A stretch of 38,328 nucleotides of DNA, from NCBI GenBank assembly GCA_040774145.1, contig JAXGUU010000003.1, positions 1 to 38,328 on the forward strand, given 5' to 3'. Origin of the DNA: Anaerolineae bacterium (lineage in GTDB: Bacteria; Chloroflexota; Anaerolineae; B4-G1; SLSP01). The notes below the pieces were generated by a model. The model had not been told where the DNA came from. It did no database searches and saw only the letters and a program-made list of their open reading frames with translations. Position 1 is the first letter of the stretch, and every line of letters starts with the position of its first letter. Made by a program: the position numbers and the translations under genes. This document shows, piece by piece, positions 10,301 through 18,339 of the stretch.

Positions 10301-11326
10301 AACCTCGATAGGGGCGCCTTGCGCGTCGAGGAGAGCCACCTGTTGGTAGTCGTAGGCGGTGCGAAGCTTTTCGAGCCAGAGCCAGAGCCGCTCACTGGGC
10401 TCCGGATCCTCAGGGCTCTGTAGATAGCTCCTGACCAGGCCCGCGTAGTTCACGTTGCGGTAGAAGAGGCTGCCATCGGCGATGCGCTCCCGACGCCACA
10501 ACGTCAGCTCGTTGACCTTCAGGTCGGCCACAGCTGAGAGCTCGCTCTCGATCCCGCGACGGAACTCGCGCTCAAAGGCACTGAAGTAGACATACGCGAT
10601 CCCGATGGTGATCAGGGCGACCAAGCTGAAGATCGCCAGGAGCCCATAGGGTGGACGCGGCGCATAGTCGGCTTCGGATTCCTCGCGGAGCCGGACACGG
10701 TGGCCTGCGCAAGCCATCAGCCCCCAGCTCAGAAACAGAAAGCCGAGGGAGGTGTTCAGCGCGGGGGGGATCACACCGGTGTCGTAGAAGAGCGGTCCGC
10801 CGAGCAGATAGGCGGTGATCAGCACGATGCTGGTGAGCATGAGCAACCAGGATAGGGCTAGAGCTACCCTGATCAGGCGGGCTCGCGCCGGCGGCGCGAG
10901 GTGAATCAGGAGATAGGTCAAGGCTGCCAGCACGAGGGCGCCTGCGGTGATCGGCGATATGTGGCCCAGGGGAGCGCCCCCTACGGTGCCCGCGATGCGT
11001 AGGCCGAGGTGTTCGGCGGGCAGGCGGATGCCCAACAGGCTGGGGACCAGCAGGAGGGCCGCTGAGATGGCGACGAGGCTGCCGAGCAGGGTTCTGATCG
11101 TGCGGTGCCGTGACGATGTGCCAAGGGCCATCAGCAGACCCAGGAGCGTGAAGAGGGACGCCGTGCTGGGCGCCATCGGGATGTGTGCGCCCCCCAGCGT
11201 GGTGAGGAGTGACATGCCGCTGACCCAGCCGATCAGCGTAGCGACGCCGAGTCCCGCTGCCAGAGCGCCCGAGATGCGCGTGATCGCGTGCAGCCAACGT
11301 AACTCAGTGCTCGTCTTTGATGTCAT
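7337..11326 (-). CDS. Hybrid sensor histidine kinase/response regulator (multi-TM, extracytoplasmic Cache-like region, 3 PAS, HisKA, HATPase, REC)
   Basis: H-box LAAGIAHDFNN, N-box NLAVNARDAM, G1 DTGTGI, F-box IFEPFYTTK, G2 GSGLGL, receiver DLVLSDVVMP and KP; PAS repeats (SIGDGVIATD, ITMVNRKGCEVLGY). Confidence 0.93.
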   Translation of the reverse strand: MTSKTSTELRWLHAITRISGALAAGLGVATLIGWVSGMSLLTTLGGAHIPMAPSTASLFTLLGLLMALGTSSRHRTIRTLLGSLVAISAALLLVPSLLGIRLPAEHLGLRIAGTVGGAPLGHISPITAGALVLAALTYLLIHLAPPARARLIRVALALSWLLMLTSIVLITAYLLGGPLFYDTGVIPPALNTSLGFLFLSWGLMACAGHRVRLREESEADYAPRPPYGLLAIFSLVALITIGIAYVYFSAFEREFRRGIESELSAVADLKVNELTLWRRERIADGSLFYRNVNYAGLVRSYLQSPEDPEPSERLWLWLEKLRTAYDYQQVALLDAQGAPIEVSPPLDEPVSPHLVEKARDVLAAQEIAFIDFHRHAPDGPVLLSVLVPILDEREGDAGLGVLVIETDPNHYLYPMIQRWPTGRATAETLLVRREGDHVLFLNDLRYHDDAALRLTIPLTEEALPAAMALQGAEGLVEGLDYRGIPVAAAVRRVPDSPWALIAKIDTAEIYAPLRQRLWLVLGVVGLLLTGTGSAVGVVWQRRDRSHYRALYEAEMRYGTTLQSIGDGVIATDEHGRVMLLNAVAESLTGWTAQDARGRPLTEVFVIVNEASRQAVENPVSRVLSEGVIVGLANHTLLIARDGREIPIADSGAPIADPDGNITGVVLVFRDQAEEREAQRRLEREQARAQRYLDTAGVIMVALSPSGEITMVNRKGCEVLGYQEDELIGRDWYEFCLPQEEGNRVREDLTRLANGAPSSGEVMENHILTHQGDRRLIAWRNVVVRDEAGTVTGILSSGEDVTDRRVAEAERQALLELNREQAQQITQIIETVPQGVLLLDAQGHIELTNPVAASQLSLLADIDIYSRDGVQQLPTSPDPESAEEPPRLSHLGNRSLSELLTSPPKGVWHDVHAEDRTFEVIARPIANGADPEHWVLVIQDVTEEHQVRERLQQQERLAALGQLAAGIAHDFNNIMGVIVLHAQMAARSDHLPMRDRERLETINQQAHHAAQLIEQILDFSRRGLLARRPLDLLPLIKEQERLLKRTLPESITVELIHAREAYLVSADPTRMQQIIMNLAVNARDAMPQGGTLRIALDHVHLDRHASPPVARMTAGDWITISVTDTGTGIPAEALPHIFEPFYTTKPPGQGSGLGLAQVHGIIAQHEGHIDVRTEPNHGTTFTIYLPASSTTPDAVLELAQSETPRGQGQVILVVEDNAVLRGALCETLVDNGYQIREAPDGLAALALLGEEHVHVDLVLSDVVMPRMGGLALANALRERGWTIPVILMSGHPRQRNLDELLAQGVADWLPKPPDLDDLARAVDAALRNRR

Positions 11327-11542
11327 ACTGACGCTCTCTCCGCCACGGGTATGTGCGCTCTGCTCTGACTGTCACAGCCAGCCGCTGCTGTGCAGGCCCG
11401 ACCGCTACCGCGCTGCGGAGCAGAGTGCCCCCTCTGTCACTCCAACGCAGCTCATACAGTCTCTATGATAGGGCCAATGATGCGCGCGTCAAGGGTGTGC
11501 AGCCGCCCGATCTCGATGGAGGCGAGTTCCAGAGGACAGGGC

Positions 11543-11571
11543 TTGACAGCGAGGGAGACATCGAGTAGAAT
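11543..11571 (+). promoter_or_regulatory. sigma70-type promoter of the IclR catabolic operon
   Basis: TTGACA (11543-48), 17 nt spacer, TAGAAT (11566-71). Confidence 0.85.
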
Positions 11572-11577
11572 ATACCT

Positions 11578-11608
11578 AATATAACAGCGTTATATACAAT
11601 ATAACGCT
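11578..11608. promoter_or_regulatory. Putative IclR operator (AT-rich overlapping inverted repeats)
   Basis: AGCGTTATAT-ACA-ATATAACGCT (11586-11608, perfect 10-bp arms) overlapping ATATAAC-AGC-GTTATAT (11579-11595), directly downstream of the -10. Confidence 0.7.
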
Positions 11609-11613
11609 TCCGC

Positions 11614-12405
11614 ATGAAGAGACCTATGCCTGACTACCGAATTGCCGTCGTCGAAGATGCCATTCACGTGCTGGAGACCTTCCTGCACGTGGATCACGCC
11701 CTCTCACTTGCCGAGATCACTGAGCGGACGGGTCTGGTGAAGAACAAGGTCTTTCGCATCCTCGCAACCCTTCAGGCCCATCGTCTCGTCGTACGCAATG
11801 ATCAGGGGGAGTATACCCTGGGCCTGCGCATGGTGGAGTTTTGCGATCATGTGCGCAGCCGCGATGTCGTCGTTCAGGCTGCTACGCCGGTCATGGACTG
11901 GCTGAGTGATGAGACCCGCGAGACAGTTTTCCTCGGTGCCATCGATGGCACTGAGGTCCTTGTGCTCGCGGCTCGGGAGTCGCCGCAGTCGGTACGCCTG
12001 TTTGGGTCGGTGGGACGCCGCGCCCCGATTCACACGGGCGGCATCCCCAAGGTGTTGCTGGCGTTCCTGCCGAGCAGTGAGCGCAAGGCGATTCTCGATC
12101 AGATCAGCCTTGATCCCATCACGCCGTACACCTACACGGATCGTGATCGCCTTGAGGCGTTCCTCGATGAGATTCACGAGCAGGGCTACGTTGTGACGGC
12201 GGACGATCTCGACGTGGGCGCGGTCTCGATCGCTGCGCCGATTCGCGATTACAGCGGTCAGGTCGTTGCGGCGATGTCTGTGGCAGGCCCTCTATCGCGC
12301 ATGCCTGAAGCCACGTCGCAGCATTACGCCGACCTCGTCTTGCGGGGTGCGGCCCGGGTGTCGCAGACCCTGGGCTATCGCTCGACCCGGCACGACGCAC
12401 CCTAG
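11614..12405 (+). CDS. IclR-family transcriptional regulator
   Basis: N-terminal wHTH (LSLAEITERTGLVKNKVFRILATL..YTLG), TRETVFL, GRRAPIHTGGIPKVLLA, SIAAPIRDYSGQVVAAMSVAGP; true start may be ATG 11626. Confidence 0.95.
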   Translation: MKRPMPDYRIAVVEDAIHVLETFLHVDHALSLAEITERTGLVKNKVFRILATLQAHRLVVRNDQGEYTLGLRMVEFCDHVRSRDVVVQAATPVMDWLSDETRETVFLGAIDGTEVLVLAARESPQSVRLFGSVGRRAPIHTGGIPKVLLAFLPSSERKAILDQISLDPITPYTYTDRDRLEAFLDEIHEQGYVVTADDLDVGAVSIAAPIRDYSGQVVAAMSVAGPLSRMPEATSQHYADLVLRGAARVSQTLGYRSTRHDAP

Positions 12406-12417
12406 CGCGCTCTCTAC

Positions 12418-12462
12418 TCCAATGCTCAGCCACGCACGCAGGATGCGTGGCTGAGCATTGGA
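12418..12462. repeat. Perfect 19-bp inverted repeat (intercistronic stem-loop)
   Basis: TCCAATGCTCAGCCACGCA-cgcagga-TGCGTGGCTGAGCATTGGA; no U-tract. Confidence 0.85.
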
Positions 12463-12484
12463 AGGAATTTGAAAGGTGATCCTG

Positions 12485-13687
12485 ATGAAGACGAAACGCT
12501 ACAACGGCTACGCTTCATTCCAGTACCTGGAACCGGGCATCGATTACCGTCCGTTTGAGCTTGCGGCACAGATCGCGCGCGTGCCGACCTACACGGTGCC
12601 GGTGTCTGAGGCTCAGGAGGCCCTGGTTCAGCAGATCCTCACAGAGGAGATGATTGTGTCGCTCCACGAGCACACGAGCGTGATGCCCGAGGACGTCAGC
12701 GAGTCGGTCGAGTATGCCCGTCAGGGCCGGGAGCGCACCGGCTTTGCGGGTCTCGCCGCCTCGGGCCTCGACGTGGTCTTCGAGAACTTCATGGACGGCA
12801 CGGCCACGATCACGTCGCTTGCCGGCTGGAAGTGGACCGACGTGATCCACGACTTCGGTATGCGCCAGAGCGACTTCGACCATCAGGACATGCTCTTTGT
12901 CGCCCGTACGCTGGACGATCTCACGCGTGCCAAGCGAGAGGATCGCATTGCCCTCGTTGCCAGTTTCGAGTCGGCGACGCCCATCGAGAACGAGATCGAT
13001 CGCGTCGATGTGCTCTACGGCCTGGGCGTGCGGGCGATGGGGATTACCTATTCTGAGAGCAACGCCTTGGGGTCGGGACTCAAGGAGCCCACCGATGGGG
13101 GCCTGACGACCTTCGGACGCCAGGTCGTGCGCCGTATGAACCGGCTCGGTATGACGATCGACACCGCGCACTGCGGCGATCGCACGGCGATCGATGTGGC
13201 TGAGGCCAGCGAGCGCCCGGTTCTGATGTCGCACGTGGGGGCCCGCGCCCTCTGGGACACGAACCGTATGAAGTCCGACGATGCGCTCAAGGCGGTCGCC
13301 GCAGGCGGCGGCCTCATCGGCATCGAGGCCGCCCCGCATACCACGCTCACAGCGGCTCATCCGCACCACTCGATCGAGTCGGTGATGGAGCACTTCGAGT
13401 ATGTGGCCGAGCTGGTCGGGCTCGACCACGTGACCTTCGGCCCTGACACGCTCTACGGCGACCACGTGGGCCTGCATCACGCCTACGCCTCGCAACTCTC
13501 GATCGGCGCGACGCACAAGGGGCCGACGTTCGAGGAGGTCCCCTACGTCAAGGGGCTGGAGAACCCGACCGAGTGCTTCCCGAACATCATCCGCTGGCTT
13601 GTGAGCCATGGTTATGAGAGGGAAGAGATCGCCAAGGTGGTGGGCAAGAACGCCCTGCGCGTCCTTGCGGCGACCTGGGTTCGCTGA
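12485..13687 (+). CDS. Membrane (renal) dipeptidase-family amidohydrolase, peptidase M19, paralog 1
   Basis: SLHEH, SFESATPIEN, ITYSESN, GGLTTFGRQVVRRMNRLGMTIDTAH, MSH, GGLIGI, VGLDHVTFGPD, KVVGKNALRV; ATG after AAAGGTGA (track starts GTG 12476). Confidence 0.88.
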   Translation: MKTKRYNGYASFQYLEPGIDYRPFELAAQIARVPTYTVPVSEAQEALVQQILTEEMIVSLHEHTSVMPEDVSESVEYARQGRERTGFAGLAASGLDVVFENFMDGTATITSLAGWKWTDVIHDFGMRQSDFDHQDMLFVARTLDDLTRAKREDRIALVASFESATPIENEIDRVDVLYGLGVRAMGITYSESNALGSGLKEPTDGGLTTFGRQVVRRMNRLGMTIDTAHCGDRTAIDVAEASERPVLMSHVGARALWDTNRMKSDDALKAVAAGGGLIGIEAAPHTTLTAAHPHHSIESVMEHFEYVAELVGLDHVTFGPDTLYGDHVGLHHAYASQLSIGATHKGPTFEEVPYVKGLENPTECFPNIIRWLVSHGYEREEIAKVVGKNALRVLAATWVR

Positions 13688-13777
13688 GTGTCCTATCGCG
13701 CGCTTCCACGTGCTCAAGACGTAGATGCGTGGGTGGCGTGCGGACAAGATCCATTATCCAACTAAGGAGATTCGTGA

Positions 13778-14983
13778 ATGGCGAAGAAACGAGCCTATAA
13801 CGGCTATACAGCCTATCGGTATTTGGAGGCAGGCGTCGACTACCGCGCTTTCGACCTCTGCGGTGGCGACGACATCTTCCCTGAGTACCTGATCCCACTG
13901 ACGGTGGATCAAGAAGTCCGGGCCGAGGCGTTGGCCGAGGAGCTCATCTGCATCTCGCTGCACGAGCACCCGGTCCTCTTCCCCAAGGACATCGCACGCG
14001 ATGTCTTCGAGTACAATCGCGAGGGACGGCAGGCGACTGCCTATGCGGCGCTAGCGCGCAGCAACTGGGACTGCGTCTTCGACAACATGATGGACGGCAC
14101 CTGCACGATTCACTCGAAGGCGGGATGGAAGTGGGAGTCGATCATCCACGACATTGGGATGCGGCTCTCGGACATCGCGCATCAGGACTTTATCATCAAG
14201 GCCGAGCGCGTGGAGGACATCGAGCGCGCCCACGATGAGGGCAAGCTGGCGCTGGTGTTGGTCATCGAGGGGGCTGCCCCCATCGAGAACGAGGTCGATC
14301 GGGTGGATATCCTCTACGGCCTCGGAGTGCGGCTGATGGGCATTACGTACAGCGAGTCGAATGCGCTGGGTTCGGGCCTCAAGGAAGATCACGACGGTGG
14401 GCTCACGGCCTTCGGACGCGAGGTCGTGACGCGGATGAACAAGATCGGTATGGCCATCGACTGCTCGCACGTCGGCATCCGGACGACGCTGGACGTCATC
14501 GACTACAGCAGCAAGCCGATCTTCATGAGCCACGTCGGCGCCAAGGCCCTCTGGGATAGCCGCCGCCTGGCCCCCGATGAGGTCCTCAAGGCCTGTGCCG
14601 CTAAGGGTGGCGTGATCGGTATCGAGGCGGCCCCGCACACGACCATCACCCGCAAGACCACTGAGCACTCCATCGAATCCTTTATGGAGCACTTCGAGTA
14701 CGTCAAGGATCTCGTCGGCATCGACCACGTGACCTTCGGTCCTGATACCCTCTACGGTGATCACGTCGGGCTGCACCACGCCTTCGCCGCGCATCTTTCG
14801 ACCCAGGGGACGCAGGGTAATACCCAGGCGTTCAACGAGGTCGCCTACGTCCGCGGCATTGAGAACCCCACTGAGGGATCCAAGAACATCCTGCGCTACC
14901 TGGTGCGCGAGGGGTACTCCGACGAGGATATCGCCAAGGTGGTGGGGCAGAACGTGCTCCGGGTCTTGCGGGAAGTCTGGTGA
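13778..14983 (+). CDS. Membrane (renal) dipeptidase-family amidohydrolase, peptidase M19, paralog 2
   Basis: Colinear with paralog 1: SLHEH, IEGAAPIEN, ITYSESNALGSGLKE, IDCSH, MSH, GIDHVTFGPD, GQNVLRV; AAGGAG RBS. Confidence 0.88.
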   Translation: MAKKRAYNGYTAYRYLEAGVDYRAFDLCGGDDIFPEYLIPLTVDQEVRAEALAEELICISLHEHPVLFPKDIARDVFEYNREGRQATAYAALARSNWDCVFDNMMDGTCTIHSKAGWKWESIIHDIGMRLSDIAHQDFIIKAERVEDIERAHDEGKLALVLVIEGAAPIENEVDRVDILYGLGVRLMGITYSESNALGSGLKEDHDGGLTAFGREVVTRMNKIGMAIDCSHVGIRTTLDVIDYSSKPIFMSHVGAKALWDSRRLAPDEVLKACAAKGGVIGIEAAPHTTITRKTTEHSIESFMEHFEYVKDLVGIDHVTFGPDTLYGDHVGLHHAFAAHLSTQGTQGNTQAFNEVAYVRGIENPTEGSKNILRYLVREGYSDEDIAKVVGQNVLRVLREVW

Positions 14984-14993
14984 GAGGAGCGTG

Positions 14994-15752
14994 ATGACGA
15001 TGCGCATTCTGTACGCTGTTCCCGGTCCGATGGACCGCCAGGAGCTGGATCGCCGGGTGGGCATGCTGCGGGGTTGGGCTGCGCCCGGCACCGAGGTGGA
15101 CATCATCTGTGCGAGTGAGGGACCGGCCTCCATCGAGAGTATGTATGAGGAGTACCTGTCGATCCCTGCGGCGATGAAGCTGATCTACGCGGCACATGGC
15201 GAGGGCTATGATGCGGCGATCCTCGGATGCGCCGGCGACCCGGGGCTGGATGCCGCTCGTGAGATCACCGACACGATGCTCGTCGTCGGTCCCGGACAGA
15301 CCAGCTTCCAGGTTGCGGCGATGCTCGGACACCGCTTCTCGGTCCTCACGATTGAGGACAGCATGATCGCCAGCAGCTACGAGTTGGCCTTCAAAGCCGG
15401 TGTGCACGCCAAACTGGCCTCGGTGGTCTCGGTCAATATCCCGGTGTTGGAGCTGGCGACCAACCGCGCTGCGTCGCTTGAGAAGATCGCCGCGGCAGGG
15501 CGTCTCGCCGTTGAGCGAGATCGCGCGGACGTCCTAGCTCTCGGCTGCATGTCGATGGGGTTCCTTGATATGGCCAAGGAGATCGAGGCCCTCGTCGGTG
15601 TGCCGGTCATCAACCCGTCGCTGACGGGGCTCAAGGTCGCGGAGGCTCTGGTGGGTAGCGGCTTGATGCACTCGAAGGCCGCTTTCGCGACGCCGCCGAA
15701 ACTCAAGAGCGGCAAGGTCGCGGACCTGGACGAGTTGTACGTCCGGTTGTGA
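14994..15752 (+). CDS. Asp/Glu/hydantoin racemase family protein (hydantoin/allantoin racemase-like)
   Basis: GPASIES, two catalytic Cys motifs ILGCAGDPGLDAARE and LALGCMSM, GVPVINP; GAGGAG RBS (start 14994 or 15000). Confidence 0.9.
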   Translation: MTMRILYAVPGPMDRQELDRRVGMLRGWAAPGTEVDIICASEGPASIESMYEEYLSIPAAMKLIYAAHGEGYDAAILGCAGDPGLDAAREITDTMLVVGPGQTSFQVAAMLGHRFSVLTIEDSMIASSYELAFKAGVHAKLASVVSVNIPVLELATNRAASLEKIAAAGRLAVERDRADVLALGCMSMGFLDMAKEIEALVGVPVINPSLTGLKVAEALVGSGLMHSKAAFATPPKLKSGKVADLDELYVRL

Positions 15753-15767
15753 GCTGCGAATGAAGGA

Positions 15768-15799
15768 CCCTCCGCAGGGTCTATGGGCTCTGCGGAGGG
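15768..15799. repeat. GC-rich intercistronic stem-loop
   Basis: CCCTCCGCAGGGTC...GGCTCTGCGGAGGG, about 14 bp with G-U pairs, between racemase and nitroreductase. Confidence 0.65.
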
Positions 15800-15818
15800 C
15801 GTTGGGAGGGGGGAGACT

Positions 15819-16376
15819 ATGGAATTCGATGAGGTTATCGCTCGACGCCGCAGCATCCGATCTTACGAGGATCGGGACGTCGATGACGATGTGATCGCGC
15901 GTCTGCTGGCTTACGGACATCAGGCGCCGAGCGGCGGCAACCTACATCCGTGGACCTTCATCATCGTCCGCGATAGGGAGCAGCGCCGCCGCATCGTCGA
16001 CACGACCTACCGGGGCAACGACTTCAACGGCACAGCGCATCAGGAGTGGTTGATGCAGGCGCCGGTGTTGATCGTCGTCGCTGCTGACAAGGTCAAGAGC
16101 GCTGCCCGTTACGGTGAGCAGGCGCTGAAGACGCTGATCTACCTCGATTGCTCGGCGTGCATCGAGAACATCCTGCTCGGCGCGGTCAATCTGGGCCTGG
16201 CGAGCTGCTACATCAGCGGCTTCCGTGAGGAGGAGCTGGGAGCCGTGTTGGGCCTGCCCGACACCCACGAGGTGATCGGTTTTCTGCCCGTGGGATATGG
16301 CGCCGACGAGGGCAGGGCGCGCCCCAGGACGCCGTTGGCGGAGTTGGTCCACCGCGAACGGTGGGGAGGACGCTGA
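15819..16376 (+). CDS. Nitroreductase-family flavoprotein
   Basis: RRSIRSY, APSGGNLHPW, QAPVLIVV, ENILLGAVNLGLASCYI, LPVGY; GGGAG RBS. Confidence 0.92.
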   Translation: MEFDEVIARRRSIRSYEDRDVDDDVIARLLAYGHQAPSGGNLHPWTFIIVRDREQRRRIVDTTYRGNDFNGTAHQEWLMQAPVLIVVAADKVKSAARYGEQALKTLIYLDCSACIENILLGAVNLGLASCYISGFREEELGAVLGLPDTHEVIGFLPVGYGADEGRARPRTPLAELVHRERWGGR

Positions 16377-17365
16377 TGGATGAGCCTACGCTGAGGATTG
16401 AGGCGTTGAGTGTGGGCTTCCGGGACCGCGAGACCAAGGAGGTCGTCAATGTGTTGCGTGACGTCTCCTTCGATGTGCCGGCGGATTATGTCTTGGGCAT
16501 CGTCGGTGAGTCGGGCTGCGGCAAGAGCATCACGATGCACACCGTGATGGGCCTGCTCCCGCGTACAGCCGTGGTGACCTCCGGCGAGATCCACTATGGG
16601 GGCACGAATTTGCTGACCTTGAACCAGGAGGAGATGAACCGGTACCGGGGTGAGGAGATCGCGATGATCTTCCAGGAGCCGATGACGTCGCTCAACCCGG
16701 TCTACAAGGTCGGCGATCAGATCGCGGAGATGCTGATGCTGCACCAGGAGATCAGCCGCCAGGATGCGTTGGCCGAGGCGGTCCATAAGCTGGAGCTGGT
16801 CTCGATCCCCTCGCCGGAGAAGGTCGTGGAGCAGTATCCGCACGAGCTGTCGGGCGGGATGCGCCAGCGGGTGATGATCGCCATCGCTATGGCGTGCAAT
16901 CCCAAGATCCTGATCGCCGACGAGCCCACGACGGCGCTCGACGTCACGATTCAGGCCCAGATCCTGTCGCTGATGAAGACGATCAAGGAGCAGATGCGCT
17001 CGTCGATCATCCTGATCACGCACGACCTCGGCGTGGTGGCGGAGATGTGCGACGAGGTCGTGGTGATGTATGCCGGCGACGTGGTTGAGAAGGCGGATGT
17101 GGTGCATCTCTTCAAGGAGCCTAGCCATCCGTACACCAACGGGCTGCTTAAGTCCTTGCCGATGCTGCACTCGAGCGACGAGAGGCTCTACAACATCGAG
17201 GGCACGGTACCCTCACCGCGCAACTTCCCCGAGGCCTGTCGCTTTGCACCGCGCTGTGAGTTCGCCTTTGATCGCTGCCTTGAGGCGCGGCCCCCACTGT
17301 TCCGCATCGGTCCCGGCCACGAGGCGGCCTGTTGGCTGCGCGACCCGGAGGGAGAGGGGCTATGA
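16376..17365 (+). CDS. oppD: Oligopeptide/dipeptide ABC transporter ATP-binding subunit (OppD/DppD-like)
   Basis: Walker A GESGCGKS, IFQEPMTSLNP, YPHELSGGMRQR, LIADEPTTALDVTIQAQI, HPYT, Cys-rich C-terminus; TGATG overlap with upstream stop. Confidence 0.95.
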   Translation: MDEPTLRIEALSVGFRDRETKEVVNVLRDVSFDVPADYVLGIVGESGCGKSITMHTVMGLLPRTAVVTSGEIHYGGTNLLTLNQEEMNRYRGEEIAMIFQEPMTSLNPVYKVGDQIAEMLMLHQEISRQDALAEAVHKLELVSIPSPEKVVEQYPHELSGGMRQRVMIAIAMACNPKILIADEPTTALDVTIQAQILSLMKTIKEQMRSSIILITHDLGVVAEMCDEVVVMYAGDVVEKADVVHLFKEPSHPYTNGLLKSLPMLHSSDERLYNIEGTVPSPRNFPEACRFAPRCEFAFDRCLEARPPLFRIGPGHEAACWLRDPEGEGL

Positions 17366-18339
17366 GCGAGACCATCCTTGAGGTCAAGGGGCTCAAGAAG
17401 CATTTCCGCGTGAAGGGGAGGGGCTTTGGCCGCCCCATGATGGCGCGAGCCGTCGATGAGGTGAGCTTCACCCTGCACAAGGGCGAGACGTTGGGACTTG
17501 TCGGCGAGAGCGGATCGGGCAAGTCGACGGCGGGCCGGGCGCTGCTGCGCCTCATCGAGCCCACGGCGGGTTCGGTGGTTTATCGAGGTGTCGACATCGC
17601 GAAGCTGCGCGGCGAGCGGCTCCGTACGACGCGGAAGAACCTGCAGATGATGTTTCAGGATCCCTATGCCGCTCTCAATCCACGGATGACCGTGGGTGAG
17701 GCCGTCACCGAACCGATGCTCGCCCACAAAATGGCAACACCACGCGAGGCCACCGAGCGTGCCTGTGAGATCCTGGAAGACGTCGGTCTGCGGGCCGAGT
17801 ATTACTATCGCTACCCTCACGAGTTCAGCGGCGGGCAGAAACAGCGGATCAGCATGGCGCGCTCGCTGGCGGTGTCACCGGAGATCCTGGTAGCTGACGA
17901 GCCGGTGTCGGCCCTCGATGTCTCGATTCAGGCACAGATCATCAACCTGTTCAAGGATCTGCAGGCAGAACACGGCATGACGTACCTGTTCATCGCGCAC
18001 GACCTCAGCGTCGTCCGCTATCTGAGCGACCGCATCGCGGTGATGTATCTGGGCGAGATCGTCGAGCTGTGCAGCAAGGACGAGCTCTTTGATAACCCGC
18101 TGCACCCCTACACACGGGCACTGATCTCGGCGATCCCGATTCCCGATCCTACCGCCGGCAAGGACCGTATCATCCTGGAGGGTGATATCCCGAGCCCGAC
18201 CGCCGTGCCGCCGGGCTGCCGCTTCGGCACGCGCTGTCCTGAGTGCCGTCCGGAGTGCCTCGGCGAACACCCACAGCTGCAGGATCTCGGTGGTCATTGG
18301 GTGCGGTGCCATATCTGTGATAGGGAGGTGGCGTCGTGA
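17362..18339 (+). CDS. oppF: Oligopeptide/dipeptide ABC transporter ATP-binding subunit (OppF/DppF-like)
   Basis: GESGSGKS, FQDPYAALNPR, YPHEFSGGQKQRI, ADEPVSALDVSIQAQ, PLHPYT, GCRFGTRCP; ATGA overlap. Confidence 0.95.
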   Translation: MSETILEVKGLKKHFRVKGRGFGRPMMARAVDEVSFTLHKGETLGLVGESGSGKSTAGRALLRLIEPTAGSVVYRGVDIAKLRGERLRTTRKNLQMMFQDPYAALNPRMTVGEAVTEPMLAHKMATPREATERACEILEDVGLRAEYYYRYPHEFSGGQKQRISMARSLAVSPEILVADEPVSALDVSIQAQIINLFKDLQAEHGMTYLFIAHDLSVVRYLSDRIAVMYLGEIVELCSKDELFDNPLHPYTRALISAIPIPDPTAGKDRIILEGDIPSPTAVPPGCRFGTRCPECRPECLGEHPQLQDLGGHWVRCHICDREVAS

